NCBI GenBank assembly: GCA_010909165.1 | Contig: MU008158.1 | Coordinates: 2,567,478-2,631,477, forward strand | Direction of reading: 5' to 3' | Length of the DNA stretch: 64,000 nucleotides | DNA from: Anthoceros angustus | Lineage: Eukaryota; Plantae; Anthocerotophyta | Part shown: in pieces, positions 12,155-24,065 of the stretch | Numbering within the stretch: position 1 is the stretch's first letter | How the letters are laid out: each line of letters opens with the position of its first letter | The notes under the pieces: model-generated | What the model was told of the DNA's origin: nothing | The model's input: only the letters and a program-made list of their open reading frames with translations | Database searches by the model: none | Position numbers and translations under genes: made by a program

Positions 12155-12290
12155 GCACCGATGGCAAAACCAATCTCCATCCGGAATCTCTTTGAGCGGA
12201 CGAAACAAAAGATGTGATACCCACTGTTACCCGGTCAGAGGAGCATTAGTTAGGGATCGTGATGTGGCCACAAGAACCGCAAGGTCAGGT
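12155..12290 (-). pseudogene. PHD finger C-terminal to the integrase
   Basis: Repairing small indels gives LMLL(C)DR(C)NSGYHIFCF..PLKEIPDGDWFCHRC; WFCHRC reads directly at 12172-12155. Confidence 0.8.
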
Positions 12291-15034
12291 GGCCTCCACG
12301 CTTGTGGTTGCGTCCTTGTGTCAAGGTTGGGTAGGTGACAAGGCGCCAGATGCCGCATGTGCTCTTTGCATCGGCGACCATCCTGCCCCTCCAATTCGAT
12401 TACACCTTGCTCTCCGATACGCACTACGCGTAAGATTAAGCGACTTGTGCTGACGTCTAAGGTGCCGGACGGTCGATGCTGTAAATACACGAAATCTCCC
12501 ACTTCAAACTTTCTTGCTTTTGGTTTCCACGAACCGCCTCTTGTGAAAGCATACCTAAGTTGATCCGGTCTATGGCGATTGTCCATCGCCATTGGCATTA
12601 CCCGTTGGAATAACCGCTCTGTTGCAACTCAAAAAAGGCACACGGGATCCTGCTCAGCTCGCTTGGAGTATGTGTCCGCCACAATGTTTGGCATCACCGT
12701 TGGACCGAACATGATGTAATATGAAGTTACCCAAGGCACAGACGCTTATCCGTAACCCAATGCCACATATGGCGGCAACTCATCCCAACAACTAGGCTCA
12801 ACTGCAGTGATTTGGCGAATCCTTGAAGGTTTGAACCAAGCCCGCCAACCCGTCGACTTGTGGATGATCTCGTGATGTCCGCCTGTGATCAATCGGGCTA
12901 CGGTCGTAATTGAAACTCACCTCAATTCATTGCCACAGTGCATCAATACGACAACTCCCATACCTACTAAGAACACACTGCAAGAAGGCTCGTGCTGTGT
13001 ACTGTGAGCTCCTCACCGGAAGGAAGGCCAGCTCAACCCACTTTGAAAAGTGTTCTATCATGAGCATACAGTGTCGATTGCCCTGCTTGGTGACCGGCAA
13101 CTCAGGCATCAAGTCTACGGACCATCTGAAGAAAAGCCCCCTGATAGGTAATGAGTGCAGCATGACATCTTGACTATTAAACCTGGCCTTTACGGCATCA
13201 CAAGCGGCGCACTTGGCAACCACCTTCTCCACGTCAGCATACATACCAGACCAGAAGTATGTGTTCTTAAGCATGTGATGCGTCCGTTTAACACCAAAGT
13301 GGCCAAGCGTCTTATGCACCTTGGTCACTAGCCGCTTTCTGTCTTCCATAGGTGGAACTTCTTTGAGAATCCCGTGATCGTTTACGAATACCTTGCCGTC
13401 CGAGTAACTATATCGGCTTATTTTGTGCTGTAGTTTCTTGAGCGTGACCATGTCCAGCCCAGCCACATGCCCTTGTTGCAGCAGCTGCATGGCTTGCTGG
13501 TGTTTCCATATGTCTCGCCCTCCTTCAGCCAGTTGCCCTTCACCTTTTTCTTCGACGGACATTAATGCCATGTAGAGGCTGGGCAAGCTTTGTGTGACTC
13601 CGAAGTCGTGCCTTGCTTCGGTCATGTCTCTTTTGTTGCACACCGGGTTCCGGCTGAGCCCATCAGCATTGAGATGCACCTTGCCTGCTCGATGCACGAT
13701 TTGCACATCGTATTCTGAAAGCAGGAGTGCCCACCTAGCAAGCTTTCCGCTCAGCTTCATGTTCGTCATTAGCCAATGTAGTGGTTGATGGTCCGTGATA
13801 AGCTGGAAGCTCCGTCCAAACAAATACACCCTGAAATGCAACACCGCCCACACTGCTGCTAAGCATTCGCCTTCATAGGACGAATAATTTGCTTCTGCTG
13901 TATTGTTGGACCTACTTGCGTATCGACAACCCGCTCCTTCCCCTCTTCATCCGCTTTGTGCCAACCGCTCCAATCCCTACCGCACTCCGGTCAGATATAA
14001 GATGAAAAGTTTGTCAAAGTTGGGTCTTGAGCATTGGTCTCTCGTCAAGCTGGTTTTTAGCTCCGCCATGCTTGTTCTGCGATGACCCCACCGCCGGGCA
14101 CCTTTCTTGAGCAAGTCATACAAGACTGCGGGTTCCACTCATGTTTCGATGAAACGACGATAGTTGATAAGCCCGTGAAGGCCCTCAAGGTGGCAACATC
14201 TTTCTGGGCATAAGGTTTCCGCATTTTGGCCAGAGGCAAGACACCAGGACAATCTTATGTCCCAAATACTCTATCTCTTTGTAGGCAAACTTGCACTTTT
14301 TGGGATGTGCTTTCAAACCCGACTTGGCCAATCTCTGCAGCAGGACGGTGTGTTCAAGATGTTCTCCCAATGTGTTACTAAACACGAATATCTATGTAGC
14401 ACCTTACAAAGGGCAACCCTTGTAGCTCTAAGTCGACCACCACGAAAGTATATAGACGCTGCGTTCTTCAAGCGCATCGTTTCCCATTCCCAAAGTTGAT
14501 CCTTGCCCCAAACGCTGTCTTACACTTGTCTCCCCTCTTCAATGACAACTGGTTGAACCCGGATCGAAAGTCTGTAGTGAAATACTTGGCCCTATGGCAT
14601 CAAAATTTCATCGGAGTGGGCATGGGTACCGCTCCAGGCGTGACTTCGTTCAACGCGCGATAATCCCCGCACATTCGCCTGTCCTTCCATTCACCATGCT
14701 CGTCCTTCTTCAACGGCAACACCGTGGCAGCAGCGTATTGAGAGTTTGACTTCCTGATTAGCCCTGCCTCTGCCAACTCCTTGCATCGCTTGTCCACAAT
14801 CTCCCACTCCATGGGACTCAACTTATGCCTTCGTCGAAATATGGGCTCTTGGTGCAGAATCTTCATCCCGCAATTTTTCACAACCGCTTATCCATGTGTT
14901 TCCTTAGATCATTTTTGTCCGGTGCGTTTTTTCATGTTGGCGCTCATTGCGCTGGTGCCTTGCTTGGTTCTTCCGAAAACCGTCGCCTTCAAGCAAGCAC
15001 GGCAAAAGCTATTATCCACAGTTACTTGGGTATA

Positions 15035-15870
15035 CCATGCCTAACAACCATTGTAAGTGCTTAAGGTCAAAAGCCGCCCCACCGGTTTGCATCGATATGC
15101 TTGGAGACACCGTCGTGAAGGTACCGCGATCGAATCCCATGGCCCGCTCTCCCTTATGGTGGGTTCCCGATTTCATTCCGTTCACATCGGCACCATGCCA
15201 TCCTCCTTCTAACGCATATGATTGTGCGGTCCTTACCAGGGCGGGCCCTTGGCGGCACCTACGTTGCTGAGGAAGTGTGGCGGTCTATCCTTCACGTCTT
15301 GACTTGGCCGCCCTTCCTCCAATTTCATCCACATTTTCCACCAATCACTGATCTTGATGCTCGAGAATTTTTCAACCATGTTTGTCCATTCTGAGCATAT
15401 GACCCCCATCGCATCGATGATGAACTCTTCACCCAACCATCGCCTCGAGCTGCTCATAGTCCCTCCGGATGTTCTCACGTTTATCAAATGCCCCACATAC
15501 ATTCTCCAAAATGTACCGAAGCTGGATTGGATTGCAATCGCACTTCCCTTAAGATTCGGATCACCGGCGCCATCTCTACGCCATATAACCGCGGCCTGGA
15601 AAAAGTCGACACTCCCATCCTGCGATTAGCACGTCCACGGTGCACCTGCCGTTGTGCTGCTTTCCCCACCAACATGATGTCCGGGGCACCGCTTTGACAA
15701 CCCTTGATTGCTTCAACGCTCGCAATTCAGGATACTTTGCAACTTCTTGCTTTGACACCGCGCGTGTCTTCTCATCCGACGACGCGTATTTTTTACCCGC
15801 AAGCCACTTTTCAACACGGCTTCCACCCGCTGCTGCCGGCGCATAGCTCCATGAGGTGGATCCGACGTCC
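15035..15870 (-). pseudogene. C5-cytosine DNA methyltransferase domain within pol
   Basis: Motifs in canonical order across frameshifts: I LMELCAG...EAVLKSG (15855-15835), IV VDVLIAGWEC(Q)DFSR (15638-15609), VI YILENV (15515-15498), VIII-like DA..GSYA (~15420-15385), IX-like GERAMGF (~15155-15135), X-like GAAFDLKHLQWLLG (~15080-15040). Confidence 0.88.
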
Positions 15871-18281
15871 GCTTGCCTCGTACTACTTCATTGTTGATAC
15901 GCAGCTCCGCCTTATTCATGTGAGTGCAAGGCGTGACTCCGGCGTGACATCGCCATCCGCCATGCCTTGGATTGTCCTTCCGAACATGCTCTTGCCAACG
16001 CTAGAATAGCATGGGAGTGTTCTTGATATACATACATCCTCACGCCGTCATTCGCACTTCTTCCTCATCGTTCTTGGGTTTCTTCCATATCTCGCTCGGG
16101 TTAGCCGCCACATGCCGTGAGTGCCATCATGGCCCACCGCTCATCACGCCGCATGTCCGGTATCCCGCCATGCGTAAATCTCCCTCTTGCCATCGCGGCT
16201 GAAACGCCATCGAGTAATGGTCCACCCCATCGCCGGACCATGAGTGGCATCCGACCGAGCAACACATCGTAGTTTCGCATCGACACCAAGCATCGTGCGA
16301 TGGTGGAATCTTGACCGGTTTGAGCTCAATCCGTGGATCGCGGTTATGCCCATCACTGCTCCTTAGTCCTGCGGAGGTGGTGATGCGCACCTCGCATGGC
16401 TTTAGCTTGCTTCCATACCAAGCGCTGCTGCACCCCAAGTAACACCGGATCCGCGTCAACTAACACGCATGTGCGAAACCATTCACGGTGATTTTCGGTT
16501 GTACCATCGCGATGCCTCCTTTGCCTGGTTGTGATGCTCTCCGTAAACTAGCGCCCGCACCACGCCTTCCATAGACTCCTTCCTTATCCAAGCTTGCATA
16601 ACTTGCTTGAAAGGTTGTGCTCTTACTCCCGGATCTCGCAGCTCACCATGGGTGCATCCATTGCTGCTCAAGGAGGATTTGACACGCCTTCTTAGCTTTG
16701 ACGACCTCCTCCTTCTCCTCACTCAAGGACTTGGGCATCTTGAGTTGGTTTCTTTCCTCGGACTTCTTTCTTTGAAATTCCCCAAGCTCATGCCCATTGC
16801 CCTTGGGGCCATCAATGCGTATACTTCCGTGTCCGAGTCGTATTCTTGACGGGCGCACTCGGACTCCCAGTCGCACTCATGCCACTTGCCAACTGTTCTT
16901 GCAACATGTACGGCTAAGCAAGGCTTTCCGGTACCACTGCCTAGCTTTATCGGCGACCCGCTCACCAGACGCCCTAGGCTTAAACTCGGGGTGGGCCTGC
17001 CAGGACGCTGCCTCCGTGTGTCCTGTCTTGGCACAAGCTCTGCGCGCCTCCTTAGCTCCACCGGTCGAATTCACTCGTAAGCTTTGTGCGGCCGCAGGGC
17101 AGGCACTTGCCTTGGTGGTGGCCGCTGGATCGCTCTCCTTAGCGGGTGAACTCCTCTGCATAGCGTTTGCTGTCGTCGAGGCATATTTCTTCCTTGAAAC
17201 CGGCGTGTTCGAGGTGTTGATGCGTCCGACTGTGTTATGTTCTTCCCGATGCACTGGTCACGATCACCTTTCATGACCCTTCGCCATCTCGTAGGCCTGC
17301 TCCAACTCATAATCATCAAGACCGTGCATCATGTGAAGGAAATTGGCAATTACTCTCCTTTGCCCGCCCTAAGCGCGGCTATGTATATTTGGGCGGCTTC
17401 CATCGTCTTCACCGTGTGTCCTTCACTTCAGCCTCGGATAGGCGACGAGAGGTTCATTGGGCTTGATGACCGAACTTTGAGTTCTTGGATCTTTTCTATG
17501 GAGGACACCCAAACATCTCCCCAAACTTGGCAAACATTTCATCTACCAACACGTGATTGCATCACCTTGCAGGAGAGCTTGACGCCTCTTCCTCTTCGCC
17601 TTTGTCGCCTTCTTGGCCTTTCTCGCCGCCAAAGTCCGGGCATCTGCAAAATTTGGTCCTACTCCTGAACAAGTCGGCTTCTCCGCTAGGAAAGTGCTCA
17701 TTTTCTGCCATCTCGTGTGAACTTGGGACTTGTATTTGAGCACCATCTCATGATTGCCCACCGAACTTTTCTTCAAAGTCGGCAAGAGACATGCTACGTG
17801 CCGAACGGTGAACACATCGCTTTTTGAGCCGGGCGCCTGACTGCATCTCCATTCTTGCCCATGACACTTTCTTCAAATGAGATGCGGGCTTCTTGGATGG
17901 GTGTATTCTCGTTTGCTCACCGGTACAGGGTACCATTACCCTTTCACTCTCTTCCCCTGCGAGGGCTATATGCGGCATTCCATCAAAGTAGTATTGGCCT
18001 CCCTTGATCCGATGCCATGCTTGAATGACTTGTCAATCACTTCGTCCCGCAATCTACTGCAGTACGGTTCTGAATTCGCCAAAGCGTACGAAGTGAAGAA
18101 ATGGGCCAAGCCTGCATAAAGCGACGTAGAATAATCACCAATCTGACCAATCTCCACTCATTGACTTATCTTAGAGTGGGTCACGGTTGCTTAGTCGATT
18201 ATTACGTTTGCCTCGATACTCGGCAGCTCTTTCACGCGCACCTTTCCAACTTGCCGGCTGAAGCTTTGCAAGGATTCGATA

Positions 18282-18757
18282 TGCAAAATGGGAGTGAAAT
18301 CCTTATCCAGGACACAAACCTGTAAAATCCAACATCGCCCACTTTACCAAAAGCTTAGTCTGGAAGAAACCCCTTTGGGATCCGTATGAGCATGCTCAAT
18401 CGAACAAACATCAGCAATCGTCTGGGTTTCTACGCGGACGATGACCCTATACTTGCCTCTACCTACGCACTTGGCGTTTCTTAACTTTATGCTCGTGGGC
18501 GCCACTGAGCGCCTGGTGGCCTCAACTTAGAAATCGTGCATCATTGCATTGTAGGTCGTTTGCCGGGTCAATAATGCCGCCGTGACTCTGTCGATTCGTC
18601 TGCCCTTTGATGCCCGCTGTCTTCTCACACCATTCACATACACTACATATACTTATTATGACATGCATGCTACACAGAACACATACCATGCCGACCATAG
18701 CATGGTGCGCCACGATGACATCCAGGATGCATTCAGATGCTCACAGCAGTGTCATGA
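18282..18757. repeat. Terminal repeat copy (A1 / 5' LTR) of the DNMT-Gypsy
   Basis: Diverged direct repeat of 10081-10505. Confidence 0.9.
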
Positions 18758-21439
18758 CTGTGTGCTGTCCACCAGCGGCAACCCCATTTTGCGAATGGCC
18801 ACATGCTATGAGAGGATGCGGCTATTCCTTTACGATTCATGAGTTCCATGAGCAACATTGCTCACGGCATTTCCTTTGAGCTGCGTTGTCGGGTTCTGGC
18901 CGTTGATGAGTCACATGCCCATCACTCCCTCACATGTCGGTCGCAGGTGGACCTCGAGGTTCGCGCCACTCTTCTCCACTTCAGGAAGGGAGGGCCGATG
19001 GCGCTTGGTCATACCGCTGCGTCGATTGCAAGCTATGCCACTCTGACTTCGTGGGTGCTACCATGCTCCTCCGTAGGGCTCCATTGGGTGAGGCTCCCAC
19101 CTTGTTGCGTACAGGCGGTGGCTCCCTCCCCACTTGGTGCTGGCCCCATTCACGCCTCATGATAGGGGTTCGCCCTCAGGCACTCTCGCCTTGCATGTTC
19201 GCCGCCGTGGCCGCCCAGCCCTTTAGGTCTGCCACCCCCATTTGGTGCCTCTTCCTCTTAAAGGTGCCGGGTGCCTCGAGCTCAGCATTGGCTGACGATC
19301 TCTTCCCTCGACCTGCTCTTTCGCTGCATGACAGTTGACACTTTTGATCTTGGTCAGGTCTTGCGCGGCTCCACGTCCGCACCAGCGGATGGGGCTCAAA
19401 GTTCCATTCGTGGGCCGTACAGCAGGGCACGGTCGTCCACACCGCAAACCCACCGCATAACCCTTTGAGTAACGCCAGTACCGGCCATGGCAAAGTTCAC
19501 CACTTGCAACCATCATTAGGGAGCCATTACAATGAGAACCGAAGCCACCGACGTACCAACCCCATTACGATCCGCGGTCACGGTTGAGTGCGCGTTCGCT
19601 CATACCACCATCAGTGCCGATTGTTTATCTCGTCGGCGCTCTCACCGCCGCCCGCCGTTTCGCATTGCTTCGATCTCGCCGATGCTCCATCGTCGTCCGG
19701 CGCTGGGCGCCTCCTCTCCTCGGTTTCGTTGGCGTCCACTATCGCAGGAGCGCCCCGACGCAGATACTGAGCTCCTTCCCGACACGGAGGCCGCTAACTT
19801 GCCCTACCATCCTCACCTCGCGTCCCTACCTCGCCCCTCCTCGCCTCCCCACGGGCACGCCACATACAGAGGAAGGAGGCAAGGAAACACGGTCCGGCTC
19901 CGTCCGGCATCCGGCGCATCGCCTGCGGCCACGCCGTTAGGACCCACGCCTTAGCGAGCGCAACCACACAGAGATTCGATCCTTGGCTTTGTCTTGAAGC
20001 GTTGGTGGGCTGCAACTGCCAACCGCCTCATCCCTTTGCGAGCTAGCTCACGAGGAGGCTGCTGAAGCCCCTCGTGGGCTCAGCATCAGCGCCCGCCCAT
20101 CGGCCATCCATCCCACACTGCTGCGGCCATTATGGCCGCATGCGGCGATCCTGCCCACCTGATTAGCGCCGAGGCGGTGTCGGGCTCCATGCTCCTCGCC
20201 ACTCACTGCGGCCCACAGCTGGCTGTGCATGTGCAACGCCCATCTTGCGCCACTGCGACCCCTCGGTGTCTTGCCTTCAATGCCACCTGACTGCCTCTGT
20301 GCAGTCCGCCATCTTGTGGTGTCTGTTTGCGGCCCCTCTACCCGGTCGGCCTCTACCTCCGAGTGTTGGCCGGGTTACAGCGCGTTACAACCGGCCACTC
20401 ATCTGCTGCATGCACCCTTGGTGGCTGAGCAGGCAACACCACTCAAGCTGTGACACTTTGTTAGCACCGCCAAGGTGGCACGCCCAGAGGCTGAGCGAAG
20501 GCTCCTCAAAAGCCGGCCAGCATAGGGAGCTGTGCCCTAGTCATCATAACTGCTGCAGGCCGTAGGCCAGAGCCCTCACTTTCTTGCATGTAACTTCGGC
20601 GGTACAGGGCAGTCATCTTGCCAACCATGGCACACTGCGTCTTGTGGCCAGCCTTTCGGGTTGTGATGCTTTGACCCCTCGGCCCCTCGGCCTTATCGCC
20701 TCACGCTCCTCGCTTCTGCCACATTGCCGGGTTGTCCGGAGTAGGGGCGGTGCCCTCCGCCGCGGCGGTTGCTGGCCGGGCCATTTTCATAATTCGTCGC
20801 CACCGCCATGGCGGTCGGTCGCGCTCTGCAACAGCGCGCCCTCCTCCCGGTAGCCATGCCTTACAGTGAGTCGCTCCCTCCGCCGTCCGGGCGCCGGGCG
20901 GCAGGCATGGTGGTCGAGGCTCCATGGCGTCCCACCTGCGCGCCCGCCGCCCAGCCCATCTTCGCAAAACACCTGCCTTTCGCGAGCTTCCACTTTGAAA
21001 ACTAGCACTTGGAGTTCCAAGGTGGGCGCCCGCCCCAACACGCCCCAAAGCTGAAGGGTAGCCCCTTCTGTCACCGCTGCGTACTTTCGGTGGCAATTGG
21101 GAACCCCCAATGCATCGCCCGTTGGCACGGTGGCGCGGCGGTGGCGCATGCGGCGCCAAGCTGCGATACTTCGCATTCTTGATCTATGCAACTCGCTTCC
21201 ATTTCTTTTGGTTTCGATTTCAGTTTTACCTTCACTTTGCTTACTACGCACCTTTCGCAATGAACTTGCTTGGAGTCCGGACATTCGTTGGCCATTAGTC
21301 AACTTCTGATTACCGTCCTTTTCATAGTGTTGTCGCCATCAATCGGCACTCATGCACGCTACTACGCCTATCCCTCGCCTTGCACGCCTATAAATAGGAA
21401 GAAAAGTCTTTGGCCTTTGGACCAATCACATGTGTGCAT

Positions 21440-22560
21440 TGCCCATGGATGGCATGCACATGTGGTATCATGTATCTACATGATGGATGGATTTGACCAT
21501 TGATGCAACGTGAACATGTCTACCTAGATGTCATGTATCTTATGGCGCCAGCATCCATCTATGTGCATGCGTGATGCTTATGTTTGTACGCGGTACTATA
21601 TGACACATATATAGGTTTGCGAATCTATATAGAAAATACCTAAAAATCATAATCCAAGGAAAAGGTGCACATGGCATGCACATGGTATGTATACATGATG
21701 CATGGTTGACATGTGATGTATGTGAACATGTCTACCTAGATGCTGTGTCATGGCACAATGAATCTATGTGCATCGTGATGTTTGTGAGGCACGGTACTGT
21801 GACACATATATAGGTCTGCGAATCTATATAGAAAATACCGAAAAATCATAACCCAAGGAAAAGGGCGAGTAGGTTGTTAAGTGCATAAATATCATTTGTT
21901 CGAAGGCCAAGGACAAGTAGGATTATACATAGACCTAGGTGGCACTCCATCGAGAGTTCCCGGTGGGTTTTGCCTATATATGTGGGCTACCCAACCATGG
22001 ATTTCCAACTACATGCTACTTGCCTATCCCTGCCCTGCCTGCCTATATATAGGAAGAAAAGTCCCTGGCCTTTGGACCAATCTGACCTGTGCATTGCTCA
22101 TGGATGGCATGCACATGGTATGTATGCATGATGGTTGGTTGACATGTGATGTATGTGAACATGTATAGACAGATGCTCTGTCATTGCACAATCAATCTAT
22201 GTACATCGTGATCTGTGTTTGGCCCGGTACTATGAGACATAGATAGGTCACCGCATCTATATAGAGAATACTTAAAAATCAAAAAAACCCCAAGGAAAAG
22301 GACTAGTAGGTTGTTAATTGCATACATATTGTTTGTTCGAAGGCCAAGGAGAGGTAGGATTATAAATAGACCCAAAGTGCCTACCATCGGGTGCGAGGTG
22401 GCACTTTATTGAGAGTCCCTGGTGGTTTTAGCCTATATATGTGGGCTACCCAACCTATGATTCTTCGATTGTAGATGTTTGTGTGAATGGATAGGCAACC
22501 ATACTTGGTCCCTGCAGTTTCTCTTTTTCCCCTCTTGTGCCCTTTGGGAACCGCATTGTC
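21440..22560 (+). repeat. Left arm of a long inverted repeat containing ~200-bp units
   Basis: The reverse complement of 42270-44034 matches in the same order: ~200-bp units, GTTCGAAGGCCAAGGACAAGTAGGATTAT block, unit, second block, GATTGTAGATGTTT...CCTTTGGG. Confidence 0.85.
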
Positions 22561-22847
22561 GATGGGAGTACCGTCGCATTTATGTCGGTCTGCAGACCGC
22601 TAATTGGCGAACGTGATAACGGTAGCATAGCTGCATGTTTGCGCTGTGTGTACGTGATTGGTCGCCGCTATGCGGTCGCAATGGTCGCAAGTTTTCCCCA
22701 GGCTAGGGTTGCAATGGTTTCACGAGCGACTCATTGCGAAGACCACCTTCAAGGTCCGATTCATGTTTGGGTAGAAAATCCATTTCCCAACTACACGCTA
22801 CTTGCCTGTCCCTGCCCTGCCTGCATATATACATGAAGAAAAGTCCT

Positions 22848-23197
22848 TGGCCTTTGGACCAATCTGACCGTCAGGATAGGGAAAGTACTCATTGGCCTTT
22901 GGACCTATCACATCGGCAATGAAGGGAAAAATACTCCTTGGCCTTTGGACCAATCCGTGATTTAATGAAGTGAACAACGTCCTTTGCCTTTGGACCATAC
23001 CGAGAATCACTAATTGAAAACAAGTCCTTGACCTTTGGACCATTCCTCTATACCGGATGACGGTTTAGGCCATGGCCTTTGGTCGACAGCCAGAAAAATG
23101 TTGTTTTCGTCATTGGGCCAAAGGCCAAGGACTAGTTATGGACACGGTACAGCACATGAAAAACCGAAAACACCGAAGTCCTTGGGCTTTGGACCAT
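22848..23197. repeat. ~45-bp periodic array of the motif TGGCCTTTGGACCA
   Basis: Cores start at 22848, 22893, 22939, ~22985, ~23029 and 23073. An inverted copy lies at ~23114-23133 and another direct copy at ~23184. Further copies at ~21411 and ~22066. Confidence 0.9.
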
Positions 23198-24065
23198 TCA
23201 CCACTGCAGGAAGGCAAATTCGTGCTTACGCTTAGGCGCAATTACAATTCACTGCGACATTCCTGTCCTTGGTTTGCGAAACACCAAACTTATGGAGGTG
23301 TATAAAACAGTGCCCTTGGCTACCGCCATTCCACAACCACTCTTCCAGTCGCGATCGCGGCCATTGGTATTATCAGCAGCACTATCCCAATCGCCGCACC
23401 AGGCAAGTTCACAATTATGACGCCGGTGACTGCGGACAAGGCCGCAATCACAATTGCACCTCTGTTTGGAGGCCATTCCCTCCGCCGCTCGCCCCCCAGT
23501 CCGCTTGCACTTTCCGCCCATCCACCTCCAGCTTGGAAGGACCTTCCTCCCACCGTGATAGGCACCTAGCAACGGATGGTGTGCGCGGCGTAGTGGGTTC
23601 CGGACAAAGTCGATGATGCACCAAAATGCCTTCCTCCGCATCCGAGCATCGGCGCTGCATCCCTTTTCCGCACGCATTCCAAACTCCTCCGGCGTCATGC
23701 CGAACACCTCACCGGCATCCTGGAATGCAGTGGCCCACACCTCCCTCAGACGCCAGCTGTAGCACTAAGAGCGAATCAGATGACTGCATTCCATGTAGCA
23801 CACTTCCTGCAGTTGTCTTCTACGAGCGCAGTCCCGCAGCTCGCGATCCGCGTACAAGAAGAACTTTGAGCCGCCCACTCGATCGCGTTGACAACAACTT
23901 GCTCGTAGGTAGCTCCACCATCCCCAGCCGCCATGTATCAGTACGCTCCACAGGAAGACCTTCCGCCTGAAACCCCCGCCGCCTCTCTTTCCATCCGCCC
24001 ATCGTGAGTGTATGGCGCGCAACCGAATGGACTACGGCGCTTGCGCCATATCCGACTCTAGCCCG

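Larger units (their letters stand above)
9979..18757 (-). mobile_element. Ty3/Gypsy retrotransposon: gag-PR-DNMT-RT-RH-INT-PHD-extra ORF, frameshifted
   Basis: PR VLVD(T)GS ~16465-16445 and NYDVLLG. RT LPLKKD...RRMCGDYRALN (14881-14600) and HPKKCKF. RH YEGECLAAVWAVLHFRVYLFG...TDHQPL...ADGLSR. INT GHFGVKRT...CAAC, RWSVDL, IEHFSKWVEL (12927-13853 ORF). Related repeats at 10081-10505 and 18282-18757. Confidence 0.92.

Noticed and set aside
18760-21300. Numerous overlapping 60-170 aa ORFs in GC-rich DNA (also 37300-48900 and 57700-63200)
   Set aside because: Expected from high GC and few stop codons; no recognisable domains, so not called as genes.
19613-21352. 11-bp inverted repeat AGTGCCGATTG / CAATCGGCACT as TIRs of a small element
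   Set aside because: Too short, with no TSD or transposase; compatible with chance.
22848-23197. CRISPR array
   Set aside because: Eukaryotic context with spliceosomal introns and no cas genes. The core is only ~14-17 bp and the spacers share partial similarity.
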